Shown here piece by piece: positions 1-13,700 of a DNA stretch of 64,000 nt (within the stretch, counting starts at the first letter, position 1; each line of letters begins with the position of its first letter). The stretch is from Felis catus. Its lineage: Eukaryota. Made by a program: the position numbers and the translations under genes. Where the stretch lies: positions 85,128,001 to 85,192,000 of the forward strand of contig NC_058368.1 of NCBI RefSeq assembly GCF_018350175.1. The letters are read 5' to 3'. Below the pieces are notes generated by a model. The model was not told where the DNA came from. It searched no databases and was given only the letters and a program-made list of their open reading frames with translations.

Positions 1-147
1 AAACAGATGCTATGATTATGTATAAACAGATGGCATAATTCTCCATATGATAACCAAGGAGACTTGCATTTTGTAAGTCCTCTATATGAATTTTTTTTTC
101 TTTGATGTAGTTTCTATTCACTCATGTATTTCAAATATAGGAAGGTT

Positions 148-360
148 GGGGTGCCTGGGTAGTTCAGTCAATTAAGCACCCAACTCTGGATTTCAAAGTC
201 ATGATTTCAAGGTCATGATCTCAAGGTTCCTCACTTCAAGCCCTGCATTGGGCTGTCTGCTGTCAGCACAGAGTCTGCTTTGGATACTCTGTCCTCCTCT
301 CTCTCTCTCTGCCCCTCCCCTGCTCATGCTCTCTGTCTCTCAAAAAAAAATAAACAAAAA
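148..360 (+). mobile_element. Can-SINE (older copy)
   Basis: GGGGTGCCTGGGTAGTTCAGTC head, CT-rich tract and A tail; diverged TSD ending GGAAGGTT on both sides. Confidence 0.9.
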
Positions 361-2816
361 ATGGGGAAGGTTTATGTAATTTTCAACCATGTATACTAGA
401 TACCAACAGCTTTTTTTTTTTTTTTTTGCAGTTGAGTTTTCTAAAATTTGTCCAGGACTATGTCTATCACTTTTCTTGTAAACACCTGTGAGGCCCATTA
501 TTTAGTCAGGATGCAAAATGCAAAACTCAAATTTATAAAGTCATAGATGAATAGTCAGTTTCATGAACAAAGCCTGTAAAATATTTACCTTTCTTTTATG
601 TGTTTGAGGTCAATACGCTAAAGACAAAAGAATGGAATTCAAAAGTCACATATACACTCTTATTGTGATTATAAAATTAGCTTTTACTCATTTTGGAAGC
701 ACCTAATTGTGTTTCATTTCCCTTTTCCTCTCAATCCCCTTTATTCAGCATGGCTGCATAAAAGCTAACAAGGACCCGAGGGATGGGGACCTGATTGTTT
801 TTAATGTCTGAAAATACAGAGATGTATTACCTGTCCTTAACTATGTATGAAACAAATACAAAATATGCATACTTATATACATATCATCTTATTTCAGTCC
901 TCTATTCTGCGGAAGATGAGGAAACAGTCAACATGGGTAGTTCAAATATGAGTCAGGGAGATAGATCCTGGGTATCACCAACTCCAGTGAGACCGAGGGC
1001 AGACTCCTTTCATCAATGAAATTTCTGCAGAGACAGGAAAAATCAACACATCAAGACATTTATTAATAATAACTATGAGTGAATCTTAATAAGAAACAGA
1101 TTTTCATTTGTTTCGTGTCCCTTCTCTCTGAAGACTCAAGTTGTCACCATCCCTGCCTTTTATCAACAGCCAAGAAAAACTACAATCTCCAAATGGTAAC
1201 AGGACAAGTCATTTTAAATTTTCTATTTTTCATAAGTGTGAGATTTATTTAAGTTATAGTATTAGTATTATTTATAAGTTTTTCCTGAGAAGAGACTCTT
1301 GCACATGTTCCTGGATTAAAATTATATGACATTGCCATTTCTAGAAATGTTACTACCTGTATTTGTGACTGAATTATGGCACAAAGGAAAACAGTGATTA
1401 CATAATTATTGTGCTGTTGTTTTCAATGTTAAATTGAATTTCTGATAATCAAGACAGCTCTAGATTAAAGAGTATAAATCAGAGCCATCCTCTCTTGCTT
1501 TGAGCCCTAGTATCAACAATAACTAATTGCAGATAATTTTCAAATACTACAATCTTTGTAGCACAGTTTTCCATTGCAGAATAGAAATAAAAATAAAAAC
1601 CACATCATATTATTATTTGTGAAAATTAAATTAATCCAAATAAGGAATTTTATAAGTGTAAGAAAACAAATTTACAATAGCTGTATATTTACTATTATAT
1701 CATGAGTATGATTCTCATTTTATTGTGGATAAAATAGTTTCAAAGTACTTCAGTTTTTCTGTTGTTATTATTTATCGTGTTATAACTTTTCCATAAATAA
1801 CGTCGTGCCATTTGGAAGAGCCAAAGAGGTATACAGTGGATATAGAGTGTGTTTTGGAATTACAAAATGGTTTAAATTTATACATATTGAGAGGTGAATA
1901 CAATGGGTATATTTAAAAAATATTTTTATATGTGATTTAAAAGAGACTGGGTAGTGCATTACTTCAAGGCAAAAGATTTTCTTTCTGCCAGAGATGGTTC
2001 TTTAACAGTGTAACTGGTGAAAATTAAAATAATTTGGATAATTCATTTATTTCTCATGCCAAAGGCATATAATTTTGTTTCATTGTGTTGAAGTTTAAAT
2101 TATGAGTAAGTCTATACTAATATGTGCCTTTATTTTTCTCTAAACCCTGAAGCCTACGTAACATATTCTTGTAATGAAAAGTTGTATAGTTGTATACAGC
2201 CAAGTGAGCCTCTCATCTCTGCACTGGAAACGTGAACAGTGACCAGCATGTGGGGATTACAATCAAGTTATCTAAATTCTATATCCATCTTTGCTACATT
2301 AATGAGTTTAACAAACTCACTAAAGTCCTCTGACTTCATGTAAGATATCTTAAAATGGTTGTTTCACATTTTGACAACCATCTCAGAAAATTATGAAAGG
2401 TCCTGTTATAAGCTTCCATATTCCAAATAGTCAATGTTAAGATAAAAAATCAGCACTTCTTAAAAACTTGGTCTGTACATGTAAGCCATGTCTGTACAGG
2501 AGCAACCAAAAATTTATCCATAATTTGTATGTGTGTGTTTGTATCTGTGTGCACATGTTTATGTTTTTGTGTTAATGATTTTTTTGGAGTTAGAATGGAA
2601 ACATGTTTTATTATAACATATGAAATAATTTTTCAAACTTACTTTATCAATGCATGAATGTAAGGAAGTTTTCAAAACCAGGATAATTTAGTCCTTAAGT
2701 TATTAAATACACACCCTGCAATAGTATATTGATAATATTAAAGTATCGGTGTGTCTTTGTTTTTTCACCATAATTGTTCTCAAAGGATATTTCTTCTGCT
2801 CACATCATCACTCAAC

Positions 2817-3758
2817 ATGGCTCAGAAAAATTTCAGCACCATCACCGAGTTGGTTCTTGTTGGGTTTTCAAATCACCCTCAAGCTGAGATTCCCCTCTTC
2901 TTCCTCTTCTCTGTGGTCTACCTGGTCAATCTCTTTGGAAACATAGCTCTTATCATTTTAGTGGCAATTGATTCCTGTCTCCAGACACCCATGTATTTTT
3001 TCCTCTGCCACTTGGCCTTTCTGAACATATTTTACACCACAACTGTGGTCCCCAAGATGCTCTTCAACCTCCTTGCCTCTAAGAAAGTTATCTCTTATGA
3101 ATTCTGTCTTGCCCAGACCTATATCTCCCTGTTGATGGGAGCAGCTGAATGCATTATTTTGGCAATCATGGCTCTGGACCGTTATGTGGCCATTTGTGAC
3201 CCTCTGCGATACCTGCTTATTATGAACTGGTCTATGTGTGTGCAGCTCATTCTGGGAGCATGGACCATCAGTTTCTTTGCTTCAGTGGTGCCCCTCTACT
3301 TCACCATACTTCCCTTATGTGGCCCTTATATTGTTGACCATATTTTTTGTGAAGTACCTGTTCTTCTTCATATGTTCTGTGCTGATACATCTCTGCAGGA
3401 GACAATGATGGTTATAGGTGCATCTGGTACCCTCTTGCTCCCCTTCTTCCTTATTATTCTCTCTTACCTACGCATACTGGTTGCTGTGATGAGGATGCAC
3501 TCAACAGAGGGAAGGAAAAAGGCTTTCTCTACCTGCAGCTCCCATCTCACTGTGGTTACCGTTTATTATGGGACAGGTATATTCATGTACATGAGACCTA
3601 AATCTCTATATTCAGCTGAGGGTGATAAATTGATTTCCCTTTTCTATGCTGTCATCAATCCTGCTTTGAACCCACTAATCTATAGTCTGAGGAACAAGGA
3701 AGTGAATGGGGCTTTGAAGAGAGTCTTAGAAAGATGGCCAGTGTCTCAAGGCAAATGA
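2817..3758 (+). CDS. Olfactory receptor, class II, family 2/13-like (OR13H1-like features), 313 aa, apparently intact
   Basis: OR motifs: N-glycosylation site NFS, GN in TM1, LQTPMYFFL, MALDRYVAICDPLRY, KAFSTCSSHL, LNPLIYSLRN. The ORF track starts at GTG 2751; the first ATG is 2817 (AACATGG), just after a pyrimidine tract and AG acceptor at 2784-2785. Confidence 0.96.
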   Translation: MAQKNFSTITELVLVGFSNHPQAEIPLFFLFSVVYLVNLFGNIALIILVAIDSCLQTPMYFFLCHLAFLNIFYTTTVVPKMLFNLLASKKVISYEFCLAQTYISLLMGAAECIILAIMALDRYVAICDPLRYLLIMNWSMCVQLILGAWTISFFASVVPLYFTILPLCGPYIVDHIFCEVPVLLHMFCADTSLQETMMVIGASGTLLLPFFLIILSYLRILVAVMRMHSTEGRKKAFSTCSSHLTVVTVYYGTGIFMYMRPKSLYSAEGDKLISLFYAVINPALNPLIYSLRNKEVNGALKRVLERWPVSQGK

Positions 3759-4119
3759 TACTTTGAGATTCCAGTAAACATAATTTTTATATATTGATAT
3801 ACTTGTTAACAACTGACATTAAAAACTTAATTAAAATTTTGTGTGACTTTATGTTACAATTATTGAAAATATATCATTCATTTCTGACAGTCACAATTGT
3901 GACCCTCTTTTTCATGACTGTTAATGGATTTTACTTGTATTAAATATTGCTACATAATGATACATTATTTTACAACATGCAAGTCTAACTTGTGAGAAAA
4001 GTGAAATTAAAATTTCAAGGCAGCTTTTCAGATTCTACATTTTCACATAGCCTCTATATTTTAAAATTCAATAACTGTAAAATATAATTTTTTTCTTTAT
4101 TAATCAAATGCCATAGCAT

Positions 4120-4336
4120 TCTTTTTAAAAAATTTTTAGTGTTTAGTTTTGAGAGACAGAGAGACAGAGTGAGAGTGGGGGAGGGGCATAGAGAGAGGGA
4201 GACACAGAATCTTAAGCAGGCTCCAGGTTCTGGGCTGTCAGCACAGAAGCTGACATGGGGCTCAAACCCATGAACTGTGAGATCATGACCTGAGCCAAAG
4301 TCGGATGCCCAACCAAATGAGCCACCCAGGCACCCC
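4120..4336 (-). mobile_element. Can-SINE
   Basis: T tail, GA tract, ends GCCACCCAGGCACCCC; TSD CATAGCAT on both sides. Confidence 0.93.
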
Positions 4337-4732
4337 CATAGCATCCTCTTTATTTACTTTACTCAATCTCTGTCTACTTCAAAACACCATTCCACTAATG
4401 TTAGATAATATTTCTATGATTTAGTAAATATAAACAAAATAAACAAATAATGAAACTTCAGTGTAATTTTTTTTCTTTCCTTTCATTTCCTTTCCTTTTT
4501 TTTTTTTTTTAATTCACAGTTTCTGGATGTTTCCCAGTTATTGCAATGTATGATTCAGCTCTTTATCTGTAAATGATAATTCCTGATACTTTTATCAAAT
4601 TCTAGTGTTTTGAATGTGTCACGACATTCCTTAAAACTTATGTAATTTCTTAAGTAATGCCTTTTCCAGACATGTATTTAAGATGAGTATAGCAGAATTT
4701 AAATCAATCGTCACTTTCTCCATCAATTCTTT

Positions 4733-5612
4733 CTTTTTTTAAAATATAATTTATTGTCAAGTTGCCTAACATACAGTGTACACAGTGTGCTCTTGGTTTT
4801 GTGGGTAGTTTCCCGTGATGTATCGCTTATATGCAACACCCAATGTCCATCGCAACAAGTGCCCTCCTCAATACCCACCACCCATTTCTCCCTCTCTCCA
4901 ACCCCCCTCATCAACCCTCAGCCTGTTCTCTGTATTTAGCAGTTTCTCATGGTTTGCCTTCTTCCCTCTCTGTAACTTTATTTCTCCCTACCCTCCCCCA
5001 TAGTCATCTGTTAAGTTTCTCAGGATCCACATGTAAGTGAAAACATATGGTATCTGCCTTTCTCTGCCTGACTTATCTCACTTAGCAAAATATGCTCCAG
5101 TTCCATCCACGTTGCTACAAGTGGCAAGATTCCATTCTTTCTCATTGCCAAGTAGTGTTCCATCGTATATATAAACCACATCTTCTTCATCCATTTGCCA
5201 GTTGATGGACATTTAGACTGTTTCCATAATTTGGCTATTGTTGAAAGTCCTGCTATAAACATTGAGGTACAAGTGCCCCTATGCATCAGCACTCTTGTAT
5301 CACTTGGGTAAATTCATAACACTGCTATTGCTGGGTCAGAGGGTAGATCTATTTTTTTAACTTTTTGAGGAACATACACACTGTTTTCCAGAGTGGCTGC
5401 ACCAGTTTGCATTCTCGCCAACAGTGAAAGAGGGTTCCCATTTCCCTACATCCTTCGCAACATCTGTGGTTTCTTGAATGGTTAATTTTAGCCACTCTGA
5501 CTGGTGTGAAGTAGTATCTCAGTGTGGCTTTGATTTGTATTTCCCTGATGATGAATGATGTTGAGCATCTTTTCATGTGTCTGTTGGCTATCTAGATGTC
5601 TTCTTTGGAAAA
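4733..5612 (-). mobile_element. LINE-1 3' fragment (ORF2 C-terminus and 3' UTR)
   Basis: Minus-strand ORFs MFIAGLSTIAKLWKQ and MKRCSTSFIIREIQIK are L1 ORF2p C-terminal sequence; poly(T) at the left end. Confidence 0.93.
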
Positions 5613-5951
5613 GTACTTTGCTGTAAATTCTACCTTCTTTGATCCAAAACTTTAAACCTGAAATTTTATTGCAAGTTTTATTTTATTTCCTCATGTTTTT
5701 TTGATGGTCATTAATTTATTTACACTATGCAAAGAATATTGAGTCTCCATAGAAACCTCATAATCTAACTCATCAGAAAGTACATGCTGACTTCTAACTG
5801 CAGCACAGGGAAAGAAAGTCCTAGTGAACTGAAAGACCAACAGAAAAACTTCTTTGTTAAAAGTCACTTATGTTGAGTCAAGAAAAATAAGGAGAATTTA
5901 CCAAGTGTACATGTCAAAAAGAGAAAATTTAAATGGAATTGCAGAGTGAGC

Positions 5952-5976
5952 AACACACACACACACACACACACAC
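5952..5976. repeat. (CA)n microsatellite
   Basis: Direct reading. Confidence 0.9.
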
Positions 5977-6049
5977 CAAAAACTCAGTGAAAATAGTTCG
6001 TGGTGTCTTGGTTGAACTCTACACTGTCCTCAAAGCATATATACATTTT

Positions 6050-6900
6050 TTTTAAATTTTTAAATGTTTTTCTTCATTTAAATTCAAGTTAGTTAACATA
6101 TAGTGTAGTATTGGTTTCAAGAGTAGAACTTAGTGTTTCATCATTTACATATAATATCCAGTGCTCATCCCAACAAGTGCCTTCCTTAATACTCATCACT
6201 CAATCCATCCTCTCATGCACATCCCATCCTGCAACCCAGTTTGTTCTCTGCATTTGCATCTCTTATGGTTTGAATCCTCTTTGTTTTTCTTTTTCCCCCT
6301 TCCCTTACCCTATTTTATTTGTTTGTTTTACCTGTTCATCTGTATTTTTTTTAATGTTTATTTATTTTTGAGAGAGACAGAGACAGAATGCGAGCGGATT
6401 AGGGGCAGAGAGGAAGACACAAAATCCAAAGCAGGCTCCAGGCTCTGACCTGTCAGCACAGAGCCTGATGTGGGGCTCGAACCCATGAGCTGTGAGATCA
6501 TGACCTGAGCCGAAGTCAGACACTCAACCGACTGAGTCACCCAAGCATCCCCATCTGTGTTTATTTATTTTTTAAATTTATAATGTTTATTTTTGAGATA
6601 GAGACAGAGTACTAGTGGAAGTGGGGCAGAGAGAGAGGGAGACACAGAAACCGAATCAGGCTACAGGCTCTGAGCTGTCAACAAATAGCATGACATGGGC
6701 GGGGCTCAAATTCATGAACCACAAGATCGTGACCTGAGCTGAAGTTGGATGCTTAACTGACTGAGCCACCCAAGTTCCCTTGTTTTGTTTCTTAAATTCC
6801 ACATATGAATAAAATCATATGATATTTGTCTTTCTCTGGCTATTTCACTTAGCATGATACACTGTAGTTCCAACCACAATGTTGCAAATGGCAAAATTTT
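6050..6900 (-). mobile_element. LINE-1 3' UTR fragment carrying two nested Can-SINEs (about 6345-6552 and 6560-6780, both minus)
   Basis: L1 3' end (AAATTCAAGTTAGTTAACATATAGTG ... CCACAATGTTGCAAATGGCAA) is split by two SINE bodies; CATCTGT(A/G)TTT flanks the first. Confidence 0.88.
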
Positions 6901-7340
6901 ATGGTTTTTGAATTTGAATATTTCTTTGTATAAATAGAGGAAGTGTTAGCATTTTTCATTTTCTTCCCTTAATGCCAAGTTCCTGTGTAGTCTCTGTTTG
7001 TTGAATGAAATGTCATTTTTTTAATCTAATTGTACATTATAATATGATTTTATATGTAAGATTCCCTACATAAATTTATGGAAAATGCTTTTTTTATTTC
7101 CCATGTGTTATATTTTATAACTGTATTTGACCAATTGAAATTAAACTGTAAAATGATTATGTATATTCATAGTAAAAAAAATTGAAAAAATAAAATTATA
7201 TTCAACTGATTTTCTTATCCTACTATTTCTTAATGGATAATTCCTCATTTCATATAATGTCTACCTTATTTACCCCAAATATCATGTCTTTCATTTTCTA
7301 TTTACATGGAGAGTGTGATCATTAAAAAAAAATAGCACAT

Positions 7341-7505
7341 GGGCACATCTGGGCAGCTCATTCGGATAAGCATGCAACTTTGGCTCAGGTCATGATCTCA
7401 TGGCTCATGAATTTGAGCCTTGAGTTTGTCTCTATGCTGATAGCATAGAGCTTGGAGTCTGCTTCAGATTCTGCCTCCCTCTTTCTTCCCCTTCCCGGCT
7501 TGTAT

Positions 7506-7552
<47 letters not shown>

Positions 7553-7600
7553 AAATATAAATAAACATTATTTTTTTAAATACAAAATAAATTTAAAAGA
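7341..7600 (+). mobile_element. Can-SINE with long (CT)n
   Basis: SINE head and body; TSD AAATAGCACA on both sides. Confidence 0.9.
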
Positions 7601-7700
7601 TTAAAACAAATAGCACAGTCTAGGATTAGAGCACATGATACCACAATTTAAAGTCACTTAAACATTATTTTCTGCACACATAATTTAAAAAAAGAAAAAT

Positions 7701-10700
7701 AGAAGGCCAGCATGGTGGAGAAGTAGGGTGATCCAAGCATGGTGGAGAAGTAGGGTGATCCATACTTTCCACATTTCTCAAAGAAGGGCTTAAGCCAAAG
7801 GACTTTGAGCCCTGAGAGTCTGGGAGGAAAAGAGGCTGAGTCTAACAGGGAGACACTGAGACAAACTGATGGGTTACAGGTGGGTGATTGCGAACTGGGG
7901 GAAATAAAATGGGGTGCATAGGAATGGAAGAGAAGGGATCTCTTCTGCAGAGAGACAAAGGGAAGAGAAAGAACAGCTGTGGAAGCAAAAGACTGTATCT
8001 AGACATGAGGAAAACCTCTGACTGGGACAGAGAGAGATCTCATCTCTAACTGTGGGAATTTCTTTGGACTAGGGCCGGCTGCCCTGTTCCCACACCTGGG
8101 GATGAGGGGAGCACCCCTGGGTTCAGTGGTAAGTCAGAGCACAGTCCACAGTGAGAGAAAGCAGTCACCTCCCTGAAGTGCTGCGGCACAGGAAAAAACC
8201 AGCCAGGGTCACATATTGGGCAGCATAAAGAAGAGCTTCCACAGTGCAGGGGTGCACGGAGTGGGGAGTTTGAATCCCAGCCAAGTGCCAGGGCAAGGGT
8301 AGAGCGAGACAGTCTGCAACATCTGCACCCAAGGTACAGCGAGGACAACTTGAATGGAGTCCATCGGGTCCATGGATAAGAGACTAGTCCATCACCATTT
8401 TTATCCCCACCACCACCAATGTGGGGCCTCAGGGATCAGTACGCAGGGCTCACAGTGGAGGCAGCACCAGTCTACACCAAACCACACCCCTCTTTGCCAG
8501 GTAACTGCCTGTCTACTAGAGCAGGATAGATGCTGAGGCACCAGACAGCCCCCTTCTCCAGTGCTGCTGCATTTTCTGGATTAACTCTAGGATAGTTCTT
8601 ATTATTTAGTTATATTCTTCATCTTCTCCTTATCTCTTCCCTCCTCTAGGCTGCTTACTTTGGTTGTTGATTTGTTAAAGCAGACATATTTAATCCATTC
8701 TCTTCATACATGTTCTACACCTCCTTCTTTCCTTCCTCTCAATTTTGAGCAATCAAGTCCTATATTTCTCAATCTGGGTAACTTTATCTTTGTTTGTTTT
8801 CCCAAAATCCTTCTTTATTTTCCTTTCTCTCTCTCTCTCTGGATTAAGCCATTTAGTCTCTCTGCCCCAGTCATTGGTGTTTTTGTTGTTGTTGTTGTTG
8901 TTGTTGTTTTGTTTTGTTTTCTTATTCCCTGCCCCTGCCATTTCTCTTTTTATATGTGCTCTTCCATCAGCACCGCCTCCACCTGTTCTTTACAGGTAGA
9001 TGGTGTTCTTAGTTTTTTTATTTTGGATTTTTGCTTGTTTGTTTGCTTGTTTTATTTGTCTGTGTATTTGCATGTTTTTGTTTCCTGTTTGTTTGTCTGT
9101 TGATTTTCATTTTCAGGGGTACTTCAAGGAACAAATCAAAGCACAACTGGTGGAGGGGTCAAAACATCATTACGAGTAGGGAAATAAAATAACTAAAGTC
9201 GCAACAACAGAGAGCAATACTCTCAAAAAAAAAAACCTCCTGAAGGGCCAGGCCAGGCCCTGGACAGTGTATGACCCCGTGCCCATTTAATATAGCAATT
9301 TTTATAGTTGCAAAGAACATAATAAGATTTAAAAAACTCATTAGGGACATAAAACTAGCCCAAAGGATAAAACGGAAGAATTCTCCTCAAGAAAGAAATT
9401 CCAGGAAGAAGTGAAACCTAAAGAATTGATAAAAACAGATATGAGCATTAAGCTGAACCAGAATTTAGAATAATAGTCATAAGATTAATTGCTAGCAATT
9501 AAAAAGCCATAGAAGACAGCAGAGAATCTATATCTGTAGAAATAAAGGAACTGAAAAAATAGTCATGATGAAATAAAAAAATGCAAAACAAATGAGATGC
9601 AAAACAAAATGGAGGTGGACACAACATGGATTGGAAAGGCAGAGGAGAGAATAGGTGAATTAGCCAATAAAATGATGGGAACAAAAGGATGCTGAGGAAA
9701 AGAAAGATAAAAACAACCCAGGATCATGAGGGGAGAATAAGAGAACTAAGTGACTCTATCAAACAGAACAATATCCGTATCATAGGAATTCCAGAAGAAG
9801 AAAAGAGAGAGAAAGGGGCTGAAGGTGTACTTGAACAAATCATAGCTGAGAACTTCCACCATCTGGGGAAGAAAACAGACAATGAAATCCAAGAGGCACA
9901 GGGAAATACCTTCAGATGTAACTTGAATCAATCTTCTGCATGACACATCATAGTGAAACTGGCAAAATACAAGGATAAACAAAGAATTCTGAAAGCAGCA
10001 AGAGACAAATGTGCCTTAACATACAAAGGTAGACACATAAGGGCAGTAGCAGACCTATCTACTAAACTAGTCAGGCCAGAAATGAATTATAGAAAATCTT
10101 CAATGTGATAGACAGGAAAAATATGCAGCCAAGAATCCTTTATACAGCAAACCTGTCATTCAGAATAGAAGGAGAGATAAAGGTTTTCCCAAACAAAAAC
10201 TGAAGGAGTTCATCACCACTAAACCAGCCCTACAAGCGATTCTAAGGGGAACACTGCGGGTGAAATGCTGCAAAGACCACAAAGTATCAGGGACATCACT
10301 ACAAGCATGAAACCTACAGATAACACAATGACTCTAAATCAATATCTTTCAGTAATAACACTGAATGTAAATGGACTAAATACTCCAATAAAAAGACACA
10401 GGGTATAAGAATATATATATATTTATAGACATATCTATTTTCTGTCTACAAGAGACCTGAAGACACCTTCAGATTGAAAGTGAGGGGATGGAGAACTATC
10501 TAACATGTTACTGGAAGTCAAAAGAAAGCTGTAGTAACCATAGTTATTTTGGACAAACTAGACTTTAAATGAAAGGCTGTAACAAGAGGTGAAGAAGGGC
10601 ATTGTATCATAATTACAGGATATATCCATCAGGAAGAGCTAACAATTATAAATGTCTATGCACTGATTTCAGAAGCACAAAAATATATAAAACAATGAAT

Positions 10701-13700
10701 CACAAACATAAGCAATCTTATTGGTAAGAATGTGATAATTACAGGGGACTTTAATATTCCACTTACAACAATGGACAGATAATCTAGACAGAAAATAAGT
10801 AAAGAAACAATGGCTCTGAATGATACATTGGACCAGACGGACTTGATAGATATATTTAGAACTCTACATCCTGAAGCAGAAGAATTTACTTTCTTCTCGA
10901 GTGCACATGCAACATTCTCCAAGATAGATCACATAGTGGGTCACAAAAAGGCCTCAATAAATATAAAAGAATTAAGATCATAGTATGCATACTTTCAGAT
11001 CAAAATGCTATGAAACTTGAAATCAACCACAGGAAAAAGTATGGAAAACTTCAAAAACATGGAGGTTAAAGAACATCCTACTAAAGAACTGATGGGGCAA
11101 CCAGGAAATTAGAGAAAAAATTAAAACATATATTGAAACAAATGAAACTGAAAATACAACTATCCAAACCCTTTGGGATGCAGCAAAGACACCCCAATAG
11201 GAAAATACATTGCAATCCAGGCCTATCTCAAGAAACAAGAAAAATAGCAAATACAAAATCCAACAGCATGCCTAAAGGAATTAAGAACAGTGAAGACACC
11301 CCAAATCCAGCAGAAGAAGAGAAATAATAAAGATCAGAACAGAAATAAACAATATGGAATAAAAAAAACACAGTAGAACAGATGAATGAAACTAAGAGTT
11401 GTGTTTTTCTTTGAAAAATAAACAAAATTGATAAACTTCTAGGAAGGCTTCTCAGAAAGAAAAGAGAGAGGACCTAACTAGATAAAATCATGAATGAAAA
11501 TGGAATTATTACAACCAATCTCTCAGAACTACAAGCAATTATCAGGGAATAAAATGATAAAGTATATGCCAACAAACTGGACAACATGGAATAAATGGGC
11601 AAATTCCTAAGCACCCACGCACTTTAAAACTCAAACAGGAAGAAATAGAAAACTTGAATAGACCAGTAACCAACAAAGAAGTTGAATCAGTTATCAAAAA
11701 TCTCCCAACAAATAAGAGTCCTGGACCAGATGGATTGCCTGGGGAATTCTACCAGACATTTAAAACAGAGATAATACCTATCCTTCTCAAGCTGTTCCAA
11801 AAAATAGAAAGGGAAGGAAAACTTCCATACTCATTCTGTGAAGCCAGTATTACATTTATTCCCAAACCACACAGAGACTCAGCAAAAATAATTAATAATA
11901 ATAATAATAATAATAAAATTTAAAAATAAATAAAATTAAAATTAAATTAAATTAAATTAAATTAAATTAAATTAAAAAGAGGGAGAACTACAGACTAATA
12001 TCCCTGATGAATATGGATGCAAAAATTCTCAACAAGATACTAGCAAATCTAATTCAACAGCATATGAAAAGAAGTATTCACAATGATGAAGTATGATTCA
12101 TTCCTGGGATGCAGGGCTGGTTCAACATTCACAAATCAATCAATGTAATACATCACATTAAGAAAAGAAATGATAAGAACCATATCAGCCTGTCAATAGA
12201 TGCAGGAAAAGCATTTGGCAAAATACAGCATCCTTTCTTAATAAAAGCCATCAAGAAAGTTGGTATAGAATTAACATACTTTACCATGATAAAAGTCATT
12301 TATGAAAATCCCACAACTGATATGATCTTCAATGGGGAAAAATTAGAGCTTTCCCCCTGAGATCAGGAACATGACAGGGATGTCCACTGTCACCACTGTT
12401 GTTCAACATAATGTTGGAGTCTTAGCATCACAATCATACAAATGAAATCAAAATAAAGCATGAAAATTGGCAAAGAAGAAGACAAACTTTCACTTTTCAC
12501 AGACAACATGATACTCTACATAGAAAACCCAACAGAGTCCACCAAAAGACTGCTATAACTGATACATCAATTCAACAATGTCTCAGGATACAAAATCAAT
12601 GTACAGAAATCAGTTGCATTTTTATACACCAATAATGAAGCAACAGAGAGAGAGAAATAAAGAAACTGATCACATTTAGAATTGCACCAAGAACCATAAA
12701 ATACCTAGGAATAAACCTAAGCAAAGATATAAAAGGTCTGTATGCTGAAAACTATAGAAACCTTATGAAATGAATTGAAGAAGACACAAAGAAATAGAAA
12801 ATATTACATGCTTATGGATTGGAAAAATAAGCATTGTTAAAATGTCAATATGACCCAAAATAATCTACACATTCAAAGCAATCTCAATCAAAATTGCACC
12901 AGCATTCTCCTCAAAGCTAGAACAAACAATCTTAAAATTTGTATGGAACTAAAAAAGACCTTGAATGGCCAAAGTATATTGAAGAAAAAAAACCAATTTG
13001 GGAGGCATCACAATCCCACACTTTAGCCTCTCCTACAAAGCTGTAATTATCAAGACAGTATGGTATTGGAACAAAAACAGACACAGACCAATGGAATAGA
13101 ATACAGACCCCAGAATTGGACCCACAAATGCACAGCCAACTAATCTTTGACAAAGAAGGAAAGAATATCCAATGGAAAAAAGACAGTTTCTTTAGCAAAT
13201 GGTGCTGGGATAACTGGACAGCAACATGCAGAAGAATGAAACTAGACTACTTTCTTACACCATTCACAAAAACAAACTTAAAATGGATAAAGGACCTGAA
13301 TGTGAGACAGGAAACCATCAAAACCCTAAAGGAGAAAACAGGAAAAAAAACAAAAAAACAAAAAACTCTGACCTCCGCCCCAGCAATTTCTTACTTGACT
13401 TATCTCCAAAGGCAAGGCAATTAAAAGCAAAAATGAACTATTGGGACCTCATGAAGATAAAAAGCTTCTGCACTGCAAAGGAAACAATCAACAAAACTAA
13501 AAGGCAACAAACAGAATGGGAAAATATATTTGCAAATGACATATCGGACAAAGGGCTAGTATCCAAAATCTATAAAGAACTCACCAACTCCACACCCAAT
13601 AAACAAATAATCCAGTGAAGAATTGAGCAGAAGACATGAATAGAAACTTTTGCAAAGAAGACATCCAGATGGCCAACAGACACATGAATTGATCTTCAAA

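Noticed and set aside
2751..2816. N-terminal extension of the first OR in the ORF track (335 aa)
   Set aside because: It starts at GTG and spans a likely splice acceptor; ATG 2817 gives a normal OR N-terminus.
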